Positions 37,101 to 51,783 of a stretch of DNA of 64,000 nt are shown piece after piece. The notes beneath the pieces are model-generated. The model was not told the origin of the DNA. It saw only the letters and a program-made list of their open reading frames with translations, and made no database searches. The position numbers and the translations under genes were made by a program. Numbering within the stretch: position 1 is the first letter of the stretch; each line of letters starts with the position of its first letter. Source of the stretch: Monocercomonoides exilis PA203 (Eukaryota; Protista; Preaxostyla); contig LSRY02000050.1 in the NCBI GenBank assembly GCA_001643675.2, forward strand, positions 1 through 64,000, given 5' to 3'.

Positions 37101-40100
37101 TTTATTCACAACACGCCTCTCTTTTGAGCGGGGAGGAGAGCTTAACGAGAGAGCCTGTTGAAGATGAAGAAGGCATAGATTGTTATGAACTCCTTGCATG
37201 AATAGCAGTGCGTTTTTTGTTTTGTTTTTGAAGTTCTTTTCATATCATAGTCTTTGGCAATAGGTGCATTGGCAGCTCTCATTTTCTCCCGTTGCATGTT
37301 TTATTAACCAAATCATTTCGAGCATTTCAATTGGTAGGAACTTCACAATGGAGTTATAAGAGGTATAATCAGGAACTATTCCTCTTCAGCATTGAACAGT
37401 GTGGTGATTGCTTTAATACATACATGCATTGAAAAATTTTCATCTGTTGCACAATCATCAAGACGAGGGCACAAACTGCTTTCAAATGAGAAAGATGAGG
37501 AAGATAATGATTGTCATGCTGGAGAAGAGAAGTGAGGGGAGTTGCGAGATAAATGTCAGCGAGATGATAAAGAAAAAGAAAAAGAAAATAATGATGAAGT
37601 GTAATGAAAATAAGATAGAGCAGAGGATGAGAAGAAAAAGAAGGCAGTGTCATAAGAGAGAAGAGGTTGATTTCAAAAGAAAACAATGAGAAAAATTTTA
37701 AAGAACAACAATTATTAATAAAAAATAAAACAAAATGTTTTCATATTGATGAAAGAATTCAAAGACTCTAAAGATAATCATAATGATATTTCATACATAA
37801 TTTTATAAATCATGCAAAAAGCATTTTAATTAAGATTGCAAGTTGGGAAAGTTGGAGTGCGAGCACTGAGAAGAGGGTCCAGATAAGTGATTACGATAGA
37901 GATGAGTCTGAAGAGGCGGACGAAGAATGAATAGAGCAAAGAGATAAACACAGAAACTTTGTCTTCTGCAGATCAGATTGAGTGAACGATGAAGAAGAGG
38001 ACGAGGTGGCGTATGAGAGCAGATGAAAGAAAGGTGCGTTCTATGGAGAGAAGGTCCGGGGTGGATAGATTCCTGGAGAAAGAGAAGTTAAAAAAAAGAA
38101 TGTTAATTGTTTTAAATTAAAAAAGTAGATCGTATTTATATATTCGAAAGGATCATAAAAAATATGAGAAGACAAACATCAAAATTTTTATCACTTTCAA
38201 TTCAAAACAAACAAATAAAAAAATACATACCACCTAATACAACACGGTTGCCGATGAGAATTCATTGTTGCTCATGTCCGTTTATTCTATGTGATTGTCC
38301 AATTCTCACAAAAAAACTTGCTGTTCTCTCGTCCAAAATGGAGCTAATTTGCAAAGAAGAAACAGAAGATTGCGAATAGAAGCTGTATTGTTCATCCCAC
38401 ATTCCTCCTCATGTTCCTCTTCCTCTTCTTGCAATGTTGTTGTTGTTGCCTTTCCTGCTATTTGCAGAATCACTTGATTGACTATTATCATCACTTGCAA
38501 AAGGTTTTCTATTACCATCAAAATTGATATTGATATTCTCAGTGCCAAAAGCAGAGATCTGAGAATAGAGCGAGTCTGCTGAGCGGATTATCTCAACAGC
38601 ACAAAATAAGGAGGCAACTTCGTTTGCAAGAAGGATGAGATGCGCATTGAGACGAGTGCTGAGCGAGGCAATAACTGAAACAGGATCTGAAAAGCAGAGC
38701 CGAGCAAGAAAGAGAGATTCAAGAGTTTCAGCGGTACCGCTGCTGAGTGGATGTCGAAGAAGATGGCCTGTCGCAGGAAGGCGAGAGAAGAAGAAGAATA
38801 GGATGAAGAGGAAGAGGAAGAGGGAGAGGGAGAGGAAGAGGGAGAGGAAGAGGAAGAGGAAGGAGACTTTGGTTGGAGCCTCGCATTATGCTTGCCAAAC
38901 AACAACAACTAAGAAACTGATGATGGAGCAGACCAATGTGTGGTGGGCGTGAAAGATTTACTTGATAGAGTCACTTTGAACAACTCTGAAAAGATCTTCT
39001 CCAGCTGGTGCTTCTCAATTTGGATAATTGATGGCCTTTTCGACGGAAGCAGGAAAACTGGAAGTGGAAGAAAGTGAGGCACATTGGAGAAGGGCGATGG
39101 GTCAGAAGAGGAGGAGGCTACAGAAGAAGATGAAGACGATGACACTGTTGGAGACAATGTTGATGATGCAATAGAAGAAGAGGAAGATGTTGTCACTAAC
39201 TTTGGAATCTGTATCATTGCCTCCAAGTCCATATACTTTTGCAGCGAGCTTGTTTCAAATACCGAAGAAGATGAAATATAAAACGAGCGAGAAGACGAAA
39301 AAGACGAAGAAGAACACGAATGTTAACCAGAGAAGCTTCTGTTTTTCATCTCAAAAACCATCGAATTCAGTGAAGATGATCCTTTCATCTCTCTTGCCTT
39401 CAACCCATCCATTTTCCATTGCGTTGCTTGCCCATTCTTATCCAATACAGATTCCACCACGCATGCCACGTTTCATTCTTTCTATATCCTTTTCGTTAAT
39501 TCATCATCCAATTTCTACAATGTCTTTTTTTCTTTTATATCAAAAGAAGGCTATAATCGCCACTGGCTTCGTATTGTCTCAATGAAATTTCTTTCAATAT
39601 ACGTGAGACTTCTTATGAAAGAAGAAGACAGAGAAAAGAAGGAGATGAAAAAAGACAAAAAGCAAAATAGGTTGTGATTCCTCTTCTCCATTATTTTGCA
39701 ATGTTTAAACTTTTTTTTTCTTCGCTGCTTTCAGCTTCTTCTTTTTCTTCTTTTCGTTTCCTGAATAAAATATTGAATTCTGTGTCTCCCAAATTATCGC
39801 TTCAACTTTCAATTCACGTTTGAATGATTAATTTTTCTTTATTCAACAATAACTAATTCGTACAAAATATCTCTCATATATACAAACCTTCAAATGTCAC
39901 TTGGACAATTCGATTATGTTTATAATCATATCATTCATATTTGCAAATACTAATAATAATTTTTGTCTCTCATTTTCGATTCTTTTTCCAAATATTTCTT
40001 TTTATATTGAATTGTTTCTTAAACTCAAAATTAACATTTATTATGGAATTGTTTTCTATTCCTTTTTTTGTTTCATTGGACTATAAACATTATAACCAGA

Positions 40101-40416
40101 ATGCAGAATAAGTTTTGAACATCACATGGTTTTTTCATTAATGAAAAATTATGCCCCAAATATATTTTTCTGATTGATTTCCTTATGGTTTGATCAAAGA
40201 GAAAAAACATTTGCTTTTCTATTCTTTCTCAGCCGAGACCATTTACTTTCGGTGAACAATCTTATTTTCACACTTATTTTTATAAAACGAAGCAATTGAT
40301 TTTGTGTTTGTTATTTTTTCATTTAACAAAGCTATCAATGATATTTTTATTTGCCTTTTATTTCGTTAAGTGACGAAAAATATCAAACAGTTTGAGAAAT
40401 TATTGCTATAAATAGA

Positions 40417-41858
40417 ATGAGTTCATATAATGCTGATGAGTGCACTGGGGCAATTCTGGAGATGTCCAGAAAAGAAAAGTTTTCTGGTTTGAAAACATTC
40501 ATTTGAATTTTCTGATTATAATGATTATTGTTTTTTTTCAGAAATATTTTCTGAGCTTGAAAGATGTGACGGAAATGCGCAGAAGCAGAAAATCCAGGAA
40601 ACGAATGAAATAGTTGATGGAATGAACCACGAAGAATTCAATTCAATTTTCACAAGAGAACTGTTCAACAAAATAGAAAAAATGATTGAAGAAAAGAAAA
40701 TATCAATGGAAAATACAATTTTGCTGCTGAAGTGCATTATATATTACACGACATTGAAAAGAGTTGATGTTTCTGACTTTGAAAGATCTTCGTTGAACGA
40801 AAGATTTAAAAAGATGATTATTGAAGAAGAAAAGAAAAATGAAGGAAAAAATGAAAAGCTTCTGACTGATCTCTGTGAATGCTATTTTTTTCTCACTTAC
40901 GACTTCACTTCGGAAATGCTTTCAATTTGCGTGCCTTGCCTTCTGAAAGTTGCATTGCACAAAGAGGAAAGCGAGAAGGATCAAAAGGATGTGGAAATGG
41001 CTTTATTGGCTTTGCGCGAAATAGGATTTTTTGTATGTGCACTTCTTTTTCATTTTTATTATGCTTGCTTTTTTCCCCTTTATTTCTGATTAGGAAATGA
41101 AACAAGAACTTTATTTGAAAGAAATTACGGAAATCATTGAACATCAACAGAAACACAGAAATCTCACAAAACTTGCTTATCAGTGTGCTTGGCTATTTTT
41201 GATTTTCAGGTTTTGGGATGACAATAGCTTGGAAGAAGTTATTGTGAATGAGCTGCATTTTGTCGGAGAAGCAGCAAGAGAACTGGAAGAGCTGACAAGA
41301 AATGTGAATTGGAAGAAGAAAGAAGAGGAAATGAACAAAGAAGAAGCGAAAGAAGAATTTGCATTGATGAGATGGGTCGAAACGTTGAGGATTTATTTCT
41401 TCTTATGCTCATTGTGTAACGAAGAAAATGTTGAGCTAATCAATAGCATTGTTCAGGTATATCGAGCAGCAAAAGGGAATAATGGAGTAATTAGCAATCA
41501 ATGCATTTCCCCCTTGAGAAATGCAGCAGAATATGGAGTTGTGAAAGTCAAAGACTTGTTGAAAAGTGGTGCTATTGATGCTATTTTGGAGGAGATACAT
41601 CAGCCAACGTTGGATGATAGAATGTTATTTGAATGCTTGCTATTCTTTTTGAATATTTCAGAAAGATTGAAAGAAAAGGAGGATGGAGAAACTACAGAAA
41701 CAAAACGAAAAGAGTTGAAAAGAAAGATATTTGAAAAGATGGAAGAAGAAGGATATGAAGATACAATCGCATGCTTTCATAAAATATTTGGATTTCTCTA
41801 TAACAAATTTTTTCGTGAACTATCGTTGAAAATTTCTGATTATTTTGTGAATATTTGA
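40417..41858 (+). CDS. Lineage-specific alpha-helical (ARM-like) family protein, ~441 aa, 3 exons (40417-40486, 40542-41032, 41094-41858)
   Basis: GT..AG introns at 40487-40541 and 41033-41093 join in the correct phases into one frame ending in TGA. Motifs KMIEEKKISMEN, DLCECY, CVPCLLKVA, KIFEKMEEEGYED are shared with paralogs in this window. Confidence 0.85.
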
Positions 41859-42799
41859 GAAAATGAAATTCAGAGATAATTTTGTTTTTTGAATTTTTCT
41901 TTTTCTTTTTCCATCATTTCACAGTTCAACGAACAATTGAGTTATATTGTGAAAAAGACTTTTTTTCACAACATTGAAATGAAACAAAGCAATAAAAAAG
42001 ATAAAAAAGAAGAATAACAACAAAATCACATTAAAAGAGATAATTATTTTTGGATCAAAAAATTATTAAGCAGACTGTTTCAATCAGATTTTTCAGGCTT
42101 TTGAGTTGTGGAAAATTGAAGTTGTTGTGAAAACTTTCTTTCTCGCTATTTTCTTTTTTAAAATATTTTTTGTTGAAAACTCTTCAGATCACAAATACAA
42201 CAAAAAGATTTGTAAATAGCATTAGTGTTGTAATTCTCCAAAACTTCTTTGAAGAATAATACATTTTGACCTTCCGCATTATCAACTAGGAATATCGACT
42301 TCTGATCTTTAATTATGTTTGAAATTCATTCGTGTGTTTGCAATGTATTTTTCTAATATAATTATAATAAAAATGATAATAATAAATACATGCCTCTTAT
42401 AATTTCTTCTCCTCACAAAGTTTCTTCAAATTTCTTTCTCTTGTGCCTCTTCAAGCATCGACATTTCCCTTCGGCAAGCCCGTCTGCCCTGTCTCAGCTG
42501 TCTATCTTATAGCTTATATAATCTTTTTCGTTCTGCTTCCATTCCAATAACTTCAATATCAAAAAACCATTTCATTTGATTTGGAGGAAGTGGAAAGCGA
42601 AGAAGTCTAAGAAGGCGAAGAAGATTAAGAGGAAAATGATAATGACAGAGAAGTGGGCGGGGGAGGGGGGTATTTAATTTCATTTGTCGAGGAGGTGCAT
42701 ATGAAAACAATGACGGCGAAGAAGAAGATGATGAAAAACAAGACAAAAATGTTATGGAGATCTATACGAACGGATATAATATGTAAAAAGATATTACAA

Positions 42800-43660
42800 G
42801 CATAGCAATCTCGATGACGGAAGGCTGAAGATAAAGGAAAAGCGACTCAAATCCATTTTGCCTATCATTTGCCTCCAGCTGCCTGTATAACGCCTAACTG
42901 TCTGTTTTTCTCATATTTATGGTTCTTAAGCCAAGTAATCAAATCCAGTTCCATCGCTCCCCTCAGTCCATAAAATCAATGTCTTGCCCTTCTCATCCCA
43001 AGAAATGTACCTTGTTCTGCTCCAGCTGCCTCCAATGTCCTGTTTCAGTCACTTGCCCCAATCTCTCCAACAAAATATTTTTGAAAATGTCCCCACCATC
43101 TTCAAAAAGGTGTTCCCTATTCATAGAAATTGGCTGTTCTTCCTTTTGGCCTGGATATCTTCCAACCCCCTTGATTTCTGCTCCAACACAATTCATTTTT
43201 CATCGAATTTCTATCGATTGTGCATGTTGAGTCCAAAATAATTGCCATAAATATTTATGATAAAATACATTCATGCCCTAATAATATATTTGTAAAATAA
43301 TGTTTGGCTCGCTTCCTCGCTGTTCTGCTCTGCATGGAATAAATTGTCCATTTTATATAAATCGTCAGTATCACCACTTTGGAGAGGATACGGATGGTAA
43401 TGACTTCATGGTCAATAGAACTATAAAAATTACACACATTACATCTTTTTGTGTAATTTATGAAAGTGTTGTATTTCCTTGGCCATCAAATCTCCAAAAA
43501 TCATCAAATGGTATTTCAAAATCAATGCATAACCACTATTGTCTGTAACCTCCACAAAAAATAATATTTCAAATTCTACAGATATTGTTCACTCATGGAA
43601 TTCACATTCTGTGAATGGAAAATTTCGTTCTTTCAAATCGGATGATCATGGAATCCATTA
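42800..43660 (-). pseudogene. Heavily degraded reverse transcriptase remnant, possibly DIRS-like
   Basis: Frame-broken similarity to RT motifs, e.g. VILTIY..MDNLF resembling the YxDD region. Weak, by eye only. Confidence 0.25.
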
Positions 43661-43949
43661 TAAATAAAGATAAGTTGTTTTTCATTGTTTCCACTCATTA
43701 TCCTTTGTTAAAAATGTCAATAAAAGACAAACAAGTGTGGAAGAATATATTTTATAAATATTTTGAGTGTTTGTTTTTCATTAATTTCTTCAATCCAAAC
43801 ATATGCGAATTCAATTTGAATATCAAAATTTTGTTGTTTAATATTTTCAACATATTTTCAAAAAATCAGGAAACAGAATAATAGAAAAGTTCAATAGTCT
43901 GCATTCATTTTTGCATTTTAATTCTTATCTATTGAATTTCTTTCTTTGA

Positions 43950-45160
43950 AGAATTATATTCAAAACTGGAGCATTGCAGCGAAGATGAACAGAGAAAGAA
44001 AATTATTGAAATGAATGAAATGATTAATGAAATGGAAAGAGAAAAATTTAAATCCATTTTCATTGTTAAAATATTCAACAAAATATCAAAAATGATTGAA
44101 GAAAAGAAAATGTCAATGGAAAATGTAATTTTGTTTCTGAAGTATGTGGGATATTGCAGAATATTGAAAAGTTTGTTCAACCTACACTTTGATGAATCTT
44201 CACTGAGCAGAAGATTCAAACAGATGATTGCTGATGAAGATAAGAAAAAAGAAAGAAAGAACGAAAAGCTTTTGATTGATCTTTGCGAATGCTATCTTTT
44301 GCTGAACGGGTGTGCTTCTTCAGAGTTGATTTCAACTTGCGTGCCTTGCCTCCTGAAAGCTGCCTCAAAGAAAGAGGAAAATGAGGAGACTCAGAAAGAA
44401 GTGGAAATTGCTTTGCTGGCTTTGAGCAGGATCAACAGGTATTACGTATGAACGTTGTTATTTCATTTTTGATATTGATATTATTTTTCTTATTTCTAAT
44501 TAGTTTTTTAGGCAAGAACTGTATTTGAATGACATGAAAGAAATCATCAAATATCATCAGGAACATCGCAACCTAACACAACTTGCCTATCAATCTGCTT
44601 GGCAATTTTTTGTAAACAGATTACTCAACGATAAAAGTAAGGAAATGGTAATTGCGAACGAGCTATGTTTTATCAGAGAGTCAAGAAGAGAATTGGAAGA
44701 ATTGAGAAAAAATGTGGATTGGAAGAAGAAAGAAGAGGAAAGAGAAAAAGAAACAAAAGAAGAGCTTGCTTTATCAAGATGGTTTAATGTAATTGCAAAT
44801 TTCTTATCATGGTTCAAATTGAGTAATGAAGAACTTACTGGACTCATCAGCAGCATTGTGAGTATGTTTAGAGCAGCAAAGGATAATTTCGGATATTCAA
44901 TCAACTGGTGCATTCATTCGTTAAGAAAAGCAACTGATAACGGAGCAGCGAAAATTGATTTTTTGATGAAAGGAGGAGCAATTGATCTCATCTTGGAGGA
45001 GACTCAGAGACAAACATTGAATAACGATATTACACATGATTGCTTAATATTTTTAATTTATGTTTCACAGAAATTGAAAGAAGAGGAAGACGGAGAAGAG
45101 GAAGAAGGAGAAGAGGAAGATGAAGATGAAGGAGGAGAAGAAGAAGAAGAAGAAGAATAA
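43950..45160 (+). pseudogene. Paralog of the 40417-41858 family; degenerate 5' end, C-terminus replaced by Glu-rich microsatellite
   Basis: ORFs 44011-44451 and 44525-45160 carry KMIEEKKMSMEN, DLCECY, CVPCLLKAA and LAYQSAW. Intron-like GTATG..TAG at ~44446-44503. The conserved final ~50 aa are missing and the frame runs into GAA repeats and (TAA)n. Confidence 0.7.
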
Positions 45161-45521
45161 TAATAATAATAATAATAAAAAGAAGAAGAAAAAGAGGAAG
45201 AAGAGGAAGAAGAGGAAGAAGAAGAAAGAGAGAAAGAGGAAGAAGAAGAAGAATTCAAAGAAGTATTTGAGGCAGAAGAAGAAGAGAAAGAAAGAGATAA
45301 AGAAGATAAAAGAGAAGAGAAAGAAGAAGAAATATCGAAGCATTCCAAAAAAGGCGTATCAAAACATTCAACTTCGGAGAAAATAGTTAGACAAATGAAT
45401 GAACCTCAGCATCATCATCAGCATCGGAGTAATAATTCTGCTTTATCTTCTTCTTCTTCCTCTTCCTCTTCCTCTTCCTCTTCCTCTTCCTCTTCCTCTT
45501 CCTCTTCCTCTTCCTCTTCTT
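45078..45521. repeat. Low-complexity GAA/GAG tract, (TAA)n and (TCCTCT)n microsatellites
   Basis: Directly visible. The purine tract at 45078-45330 is followed by a pyrimidine tract at 45447-45521. Confidence 0.9.
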
Positions 45522-47721
45522 CGACAACTTCATTGATTGCCTTATATAGCCATCGCAAAGTACAAATGAAGAAGAGGCTGATGCAGAACAAAAATGAACA
45601 TTTTGCGAAGATGTTAAAGAGGACAAATGCATAATCACTCCAGAATGGAGAAGCTGGAAAAGGAAAAAATGGCTTCATTTCGTTCCTAATAGCAAGAGGC
45701 AATGAATGCGATTCATTGAATGGAATGCACTGAACCTCTTTCTACTCGTTAATAAACTTCCTCTTCATATTCTTCATTTTAACTTCCTCTCAATTTCTCC
45801 TTTTGTTCCAAATCCTTTTCTGTTTTATCCTTCTCTGCATTCGCCTGTTCTTGATTGAATTTACTTGATACTTTATTTGATGGCAATGGATGAGGAAAAA
45901 AAAGCTATTAGCTCTAAAGTGGATACAATAACTTTGAAATTGGTGGAATAGAATCTTAGCATATAGCTGAACAAGAGGAAATGGATGAAGATGAAAAAAT
46001 AAGAGGAAAAAAAAGGAAGAATTGGAAAATGATAGAGAATTCCGTTTTGATAAAAGGAAATTGAATAAGTTGAAAGCATGTTTGCAGATTGAAGCTGTTG
46101 AATTTGATAAGCGTTGCCATATGAATCCATTTTATTCAGATAAGTGAAGATTCTGACAACATAAGGCTAATGCTTCGGAGACGAACAGGCGGAATATGCA
46201 GAGCAAAAAGAGAAAGAATAAATTACTGAAGCATCAGCTTCAAATACAGTCACAGCGATAAACTTATAATTCTCAGTTTATGAAGCGCTTCTGTTTTGTT
46301 GAAGCTCAAATGAGTTTAGAAATTCATTTCTTCTTCTTTTTTTTTTTGAGTTCATTGAACCATCGCCTTCTTCTTCCCATCCAGATATTCAACTTACCAT
46401 CCTTTCAATCTTCTCTGGAGCTAATTTTCCGAATGACATTTTAATATCTTCTACTTCAATAATCTTATAAAAGATTTATCAATAGTTTTATTCCAACTTT
46501 CAGAGCAGTTTTTTTCCAGTGAAAATTCCGAAACTCAGTCGAAAACAGACTTGTCATATGGAAGTGAAATGAAGCATGCGAAATCGATCGAAGAAGCACA
46601 CACAAAGGAAGCAAATGTGAAGAAGAAGGGGAATAAAGGAGAAGATAAAGAGAAAAGAAAGACAAAAAAGTGGAAGAAGAAGTTTTCATTTGAAAATTGA
46701 ATCAAAGTTGGAAGTTCAATGAGAATTTAACAACCACTTTTCAATTGAGCAGTTTTGTAGCTTCAAAATCTGCTTCATCACAAACTTAATCATCAGATGC
46801 TTCAATTTTTAAAAAAATTCAATTGCATCTTCTGAAATTCTTCAATATTTCATTCATCAATCGGTTCCACCATTGTTTTCCTCTTTTCCAATTGTCACGC
46901 AGAGATAACATCGTTTTCAAGAGAATATTTCTCATATTTTCTAAAATTCATCACATTGCATCAATCATCCGTGTGAAAAGCATCATTCGTTGCTTTTCTT
47001 CCTTCTCATTCACATCTATCATCACTTTCAATGGAAGAGCATGAATCACAATCAGAATGTTGGTTTATTTGACTTCTGAATTAATCAGTTTTGCTTAATC
47101 TCTGCTCCGTGAACGAATTTGTGCTGTTTGAGGAATATTTAGCTGTTGAAGAATGATGAAAAATAAAAATGAAAGCCTTTGGACAGAAAACACAAACCAG
47201 TCAAGAGAATGTTATTTTTTTGTATTCATCGTTTCTTGTTTTCTTTATTTCTCTTGCTCATTGGGAATTGACTGAGGATATCATATTTTTGATGAACATT
47301 TTGCAAAGCAAGTTGGACTGAAATACAGAAAGAAAAAGCGAGAATGAGAAAATGTCTGCGATGAGAAGCTTCAATAAACACACAAACGACCAATAGAAGA
47401 ACGCTATCTTTCCATTCAAATTCATCTTGCAAATCCTCAATTTTTTTAAAGGAGTTTTTATTTCTCTTTTTCAGTTCGATGAAATCTAAAGGAATGTGGA
47501 AAAAAAAGAAAGAAGTGAGAGAAACACAAAACTGCTGAAAAGAACAGAGGAGAAGATTTCAAAATTGATGAATGAACAAGTGAATATTGATTTTTAACAT
47601 ATTTTTTTTAAGTTGACAATTCGTTCAACAAAGATTCTTGATGAAAAGAAAAGAAAAGAATGAAATTTTTGATTTTTCTTTTTTTATTCTCCAAAAAAGC
47701 AAAAACATGATTTAAATGATC

Positions 47722-47724
47722 CAT

Positions 47725-47767
<43 letters not shown>

Positions 47768-47769
47768 TT
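47722..47769. repeat. (ATTT)n microsatellite
   Basis: Directly visible. Confidence 0.95.
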
Positions 47770-47850
47770 TTTTCATTTTGTGAAACGAATAAAAAAGAAT
47801 AAAAAATTTCTGAGTTACAAAATCAAATAAAAAAAATGTGTTTCATTTTT

Positions 47851-49184
47851 TCAAATATTTATAAAATAATCATAAATATTCAAAGATAAACCATCATTAT
47901 ATCTTCTGTAAAGAAAAGAAACTACATCGTGAAAGCCAGCTATGACATCTTCGTATCCTTCTTCTTCCATCTTTTCAAATATCTTCCTTTTCAACTCTTT
48001 TCTTTTCGCTTCTTCCATTTTTTCTATCTTTTCCCTCTTCAACCGCATTGAAATATGAACAAAAAATATCAAGCCATGGTATGTTATTTCGTAATTCAAT
48101 GTTGGTCGCTGCATCTCCTCCAAAACAGCATCAATAGCACCACTTTTCAACAAGTCTTCAACTGGTACAAATCCGTTACCCGCTGCATTTCTCAAGGAAG
48201 AAATGCACCAGTAGCTAATTTCTTTGAATTTATCCTTCACTGTTCGATATTCCTGAACAATGCTGCTGATGAGTTCGACAAATTCTTCATTCCACAATTT
48301 GCATGAGTCAAAAAAGGACTTTATTGTTTTCATCCATCCCGTGATTACAAGCACTTCATTCGCTTCTTCTTTGCTCATTTCTTCTTCTTTCATCTTCCAG
48401 TCAATGCATCTTGTCAGATCTTCCAATTCTCTTGCTGCTTCTCTCGCTAAATGCAGCTCATTCACAATAACTTCTTCCAAACTATTGTCAGCCAAACGTC
48501 GGTGAATCAAAAACTCCCAAGCAGACTGACAGGCAAGTCGTGTTAGATTCTGATATTCCTGATGATACAGAATTATCTCTTTGATTTCATTCAAATACAG
48601 TTCTTTTGGCACTGCCTAATAAAAATCGGAAAAAATCAATTACGTCAAAAATGAAATAGAAATAAACATACATTAAATACAATATTGCTCAAAGCCAGTA
48701 AAGCCATTTCTACTTCTTTTTGAATTTCCTCGTCTTCATCTTTCTTTAATGAAACTTTCAAAAGACAAGGTACACAAATTAAAATCAACTCCCATGGGAA
48801 GAAGAAGCTCAAAGAAACAAAGCATTCGCACAGATCAACAAGTAGATTTTTTTCACTTTCTTTATTTTTCTTTTCCTCTTCAATAATCACATTTTTTAAT
48901 CTATACCTCAAAGAAGATTCTTCAATGCCATAAATAAACATTCTTCTCGAGGTTTTCAAATATCCAATGTGCTTCAGCAGCAAAATTGCATTCACCATTG
49001 ACATTTTCTTTTCTTCAATCATTTTTTCTATTTTGTTGAATGTTTCTTTGCTGAAAATATCCTTAATTTCTTCTTTATTCATTCCATCAACTATTTCATT
49101 CATTTCTCCAATTTTCTGTTTCTGTTCATCTTCATTGCAATCTTCCAACCGTGAAAATTTCTCTAAAAAAATTGAAAAATCCAA
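47851..49184 (-). CDS. Paralog of the 40417-41858 helical family; intron at 48671-48616, first exon not resolved
   Basis: ORFs 49184-48645 and 48612-47851 join in frame through a 56-nt GTATG..TAG intron at the same position as in the paralog. Same motifs (KMIEEKKMSM, CVPCLLKVS, KIFEKMEEEGYED). Confidence 0.8.
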
Positions 49185-49399
49185 AGAGTTTAAAACACTC
49201 GTTTATTTATTTAACCATTCATTTCTTATAAACTCTGGCAAACCGAGAAATATTTGTCTTTTTAAAGATAACTGTGAAATTGTAAGTTGAATTAAAAACA
49301 ACAAATAAATCCATTTTCGAAATATTCGTTGAATAATCGCATCAAATGAATTGAAAATACAAAATCAAATATCTAACAACATAAAAGTCCATACGTTTT

Positions 49400-50740
49400 T
49401 AGGTGACTTCGATGTCTTTTGCATCAAAACAAGCAAAATTTTGAAACAAAATAATCTTGTTTTTGTGCAAATAAATAAGGGTGACCAACCTATAATTTTA
49501 TAAGTGAAGATTTTTGATTGGTGATTGTCTGCGATAAGGACATGTTTGAGCTGCTTGGGTGAATGGCCAAGGATGCGCCCATGCGAGATATAGCAATGCA
49601 GAAGAACAATGATTTTGTTTACAGATGAAGGAGCGAGTAGCTGTTTTGCAATATTGCTTGCAAAAAGAGAATTGGTGGGGGAAATTGCATGGAATTTGAA
49701 CTTGGTTATATATTGCAAAACATATGAGGTAACATCGGCTGCTATATTTTGAATGAAAAATAATTCTAGCAAGATGCAGAAAAGGCGAGGAGAATGTTTC
49801 TGAAAGATTGAATTGAACCACTTGTTCAATTTGTGGGAAATGTTGTGAACTTGGCATATCTATTGGGCAAGACTTGTTTTGTGTGATTTTTTGAGGGAAA
49901 GATGATTTTGTGGAAAAGGAAAGGAAATTGGGGGGTTGGACAATAGAGGAAACGAGTTGAGCGAGACACCCAACAGGCCTTTACAACTATCGCGTTTGCA
50001 TTTCACATGAATCCTGCAGGAAAGCCATCAGCGAAGATTTGACGTTGAATTGAGCTTTGAAAAGGTGTTAATTTGGAGGATAACTGTTTTCATCTGATAT
50101 AATGATTGGTTTCACAATGGATTTTCTGCTTTCGATGACGTATTATGCAAGTCTTTATTGTCCAGTTGTCTGCTTTTTTATGTGGCAGGAGGCAATTTTG
50201 GAGAACGAGAAATCCAGCTGGACTGATAATTACCAATCCATTAGAGATGGGAAAGTATTTCAAGACCAAAAAATGGTTTGACTTTTTTTATTTCATTCAT
50301 TTTTCTTTAAAAGACTTCTTTGATAAATTCAGAATAACTATGAACCGAAATGTTGCTGAATGAAGCCTTTTTATCTTTTTTCAAAAGATTCAGAAGTTAA
50401 TGAGATTAATCTTGTTTGCATCGCATTCAACGATTGCATTCATTTCTTCCGCAATCTGCCTTGCATGCATAGCATGACAATGCTTGACATGAGCTTGAAA
50501 GAGAAAAGCAGTTTGTTTGGCTCATTTGTTGAGGGTATTTGGCAGAAGCGACTTATTTGTCGGAGCAGATGGGCTGGCTGGGCATTCGCATTCAAAAAGC
50601 ATCCAACTTTTTTTGTGATTTGTCATAACTCTTTGCCATTTCCAGAATGGTTTGATGGGAACAGCCAATTTTTTGCTTTAATGGCAGATTTGCAATACTG
50701 GTGAAATATGCAGAATTGAATGAAATGTGAAAGGAACTAT
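49400..50740 (-). mobile_element. Degraded DIRS-type retrotransposon pol remnant (RT - RNase H - methyltransferase-like)
   Basis: Ordered degenerate motifs: YQYC/NLP (RT MPFG region), IQNIAADV (RNase H N..AD.LSR), SLFASN (DLFAS) and LAWAHPWPF (xPP motif). Many stops. Recognised by eye. Confidence 0.45.
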
Positions 50741-51597
50741 GATATTTTAAACCAAAGTTGAAATTGGAATACTTCCAAAAAGAGGAGAGAAAAGGAGGGA
50801 AGATGAAGCGATGGACAAGAAAACAAGGGGAAAATGGTTGTGAACAAGAAAAGTGAATTTGAAGAAGACGAAGAAGAAAAGAGAAGAGAGAAAGAGGAAA
50901 TAAGCTATTTTTAAAAGAAGAATATGATATTTTCTAATGAATGAAATGAAAGAAGGAAAGATGTTCCTCATTACGAGGAAAGAAAGTTCAGAGAAAGAAC
51001 TTTGCTATTTTTTATTGGAGAAAGAGAGAGAAGAGAAAGAAAGGAAGAGAGAAGAAGAAGACTTCTTTGAAATCAGCTTTGAGAAAAGAAGGGGGAAAAA
51101 ATATTTGAATTAATTATTCCGGCAAACTTCCAAAAAGATGAGCGGAAAGCTGGAATTTTCATGGAGAAAAATGAGTGAAGTGGATTAGAAGAAAAAGAAG
51201 AAGAAGATAAAAAGGCAAAAGAGGAGAAAATCAAGCAAAGAGGGATATTTCTCCGGATGATACTAATTCTCCGGAAGTGGTTCTCTTTCATAAACATGAG
51301 GAATTTTGAGGATATCAGCAGGAAAAGAGAAGAGTAATTTTAAAAGGAAGAAAAATAGGAAAGGAGTTATTTCTCATCAGATGATTTGTGCGAAGAGGTT
51401 TCAAATTTTTATAACAGGTTAAAGAGAGAAAGAGAAAAGATTACCCAATGAAATATAAATAAAGAAGGAAAAAGATGAATAGAAATGAGAGAAAGGAAGA
51501 AAAAAAAGGGAAAGTTGAAATGGAAAAATATAAGGAAAAAGAAAGTTATTTCTCCGTTTTCTCTCAATTTGCATAAAAGGTGGAGAGTATGATTACT

Positions 51598-51783
51598 CTT
51601 CCGCTTCTTTTTCTTCTTCTTCTTCTCCTCCTTCTCCTTCTTCTCCTTCTCCTTCTTCTTCTTCTCCTTCTTCTCTTTCTTCTTCATCTTCATCATCATC
51701 ATCTTCTTCTTCTTCTTCTAAACCTTCTTCTTCAAATGCTTATCATCGCCTTCTTTATTACCTTCTTCTTAACCTTCTTCATC
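51598..51783. repeat. CTT/CTC-rich low-complexity tract
   Basis: Directly visible. Confidence 0.9.

Noticed and set aside
45058-45702. Poly-Lys/Ser/Phe/Glu ORFs, and similar ones at 38588-39281, 51409-51789 and 63033-63573
   Set aside because: They are translations of microsatellite or low-complexity DNA.
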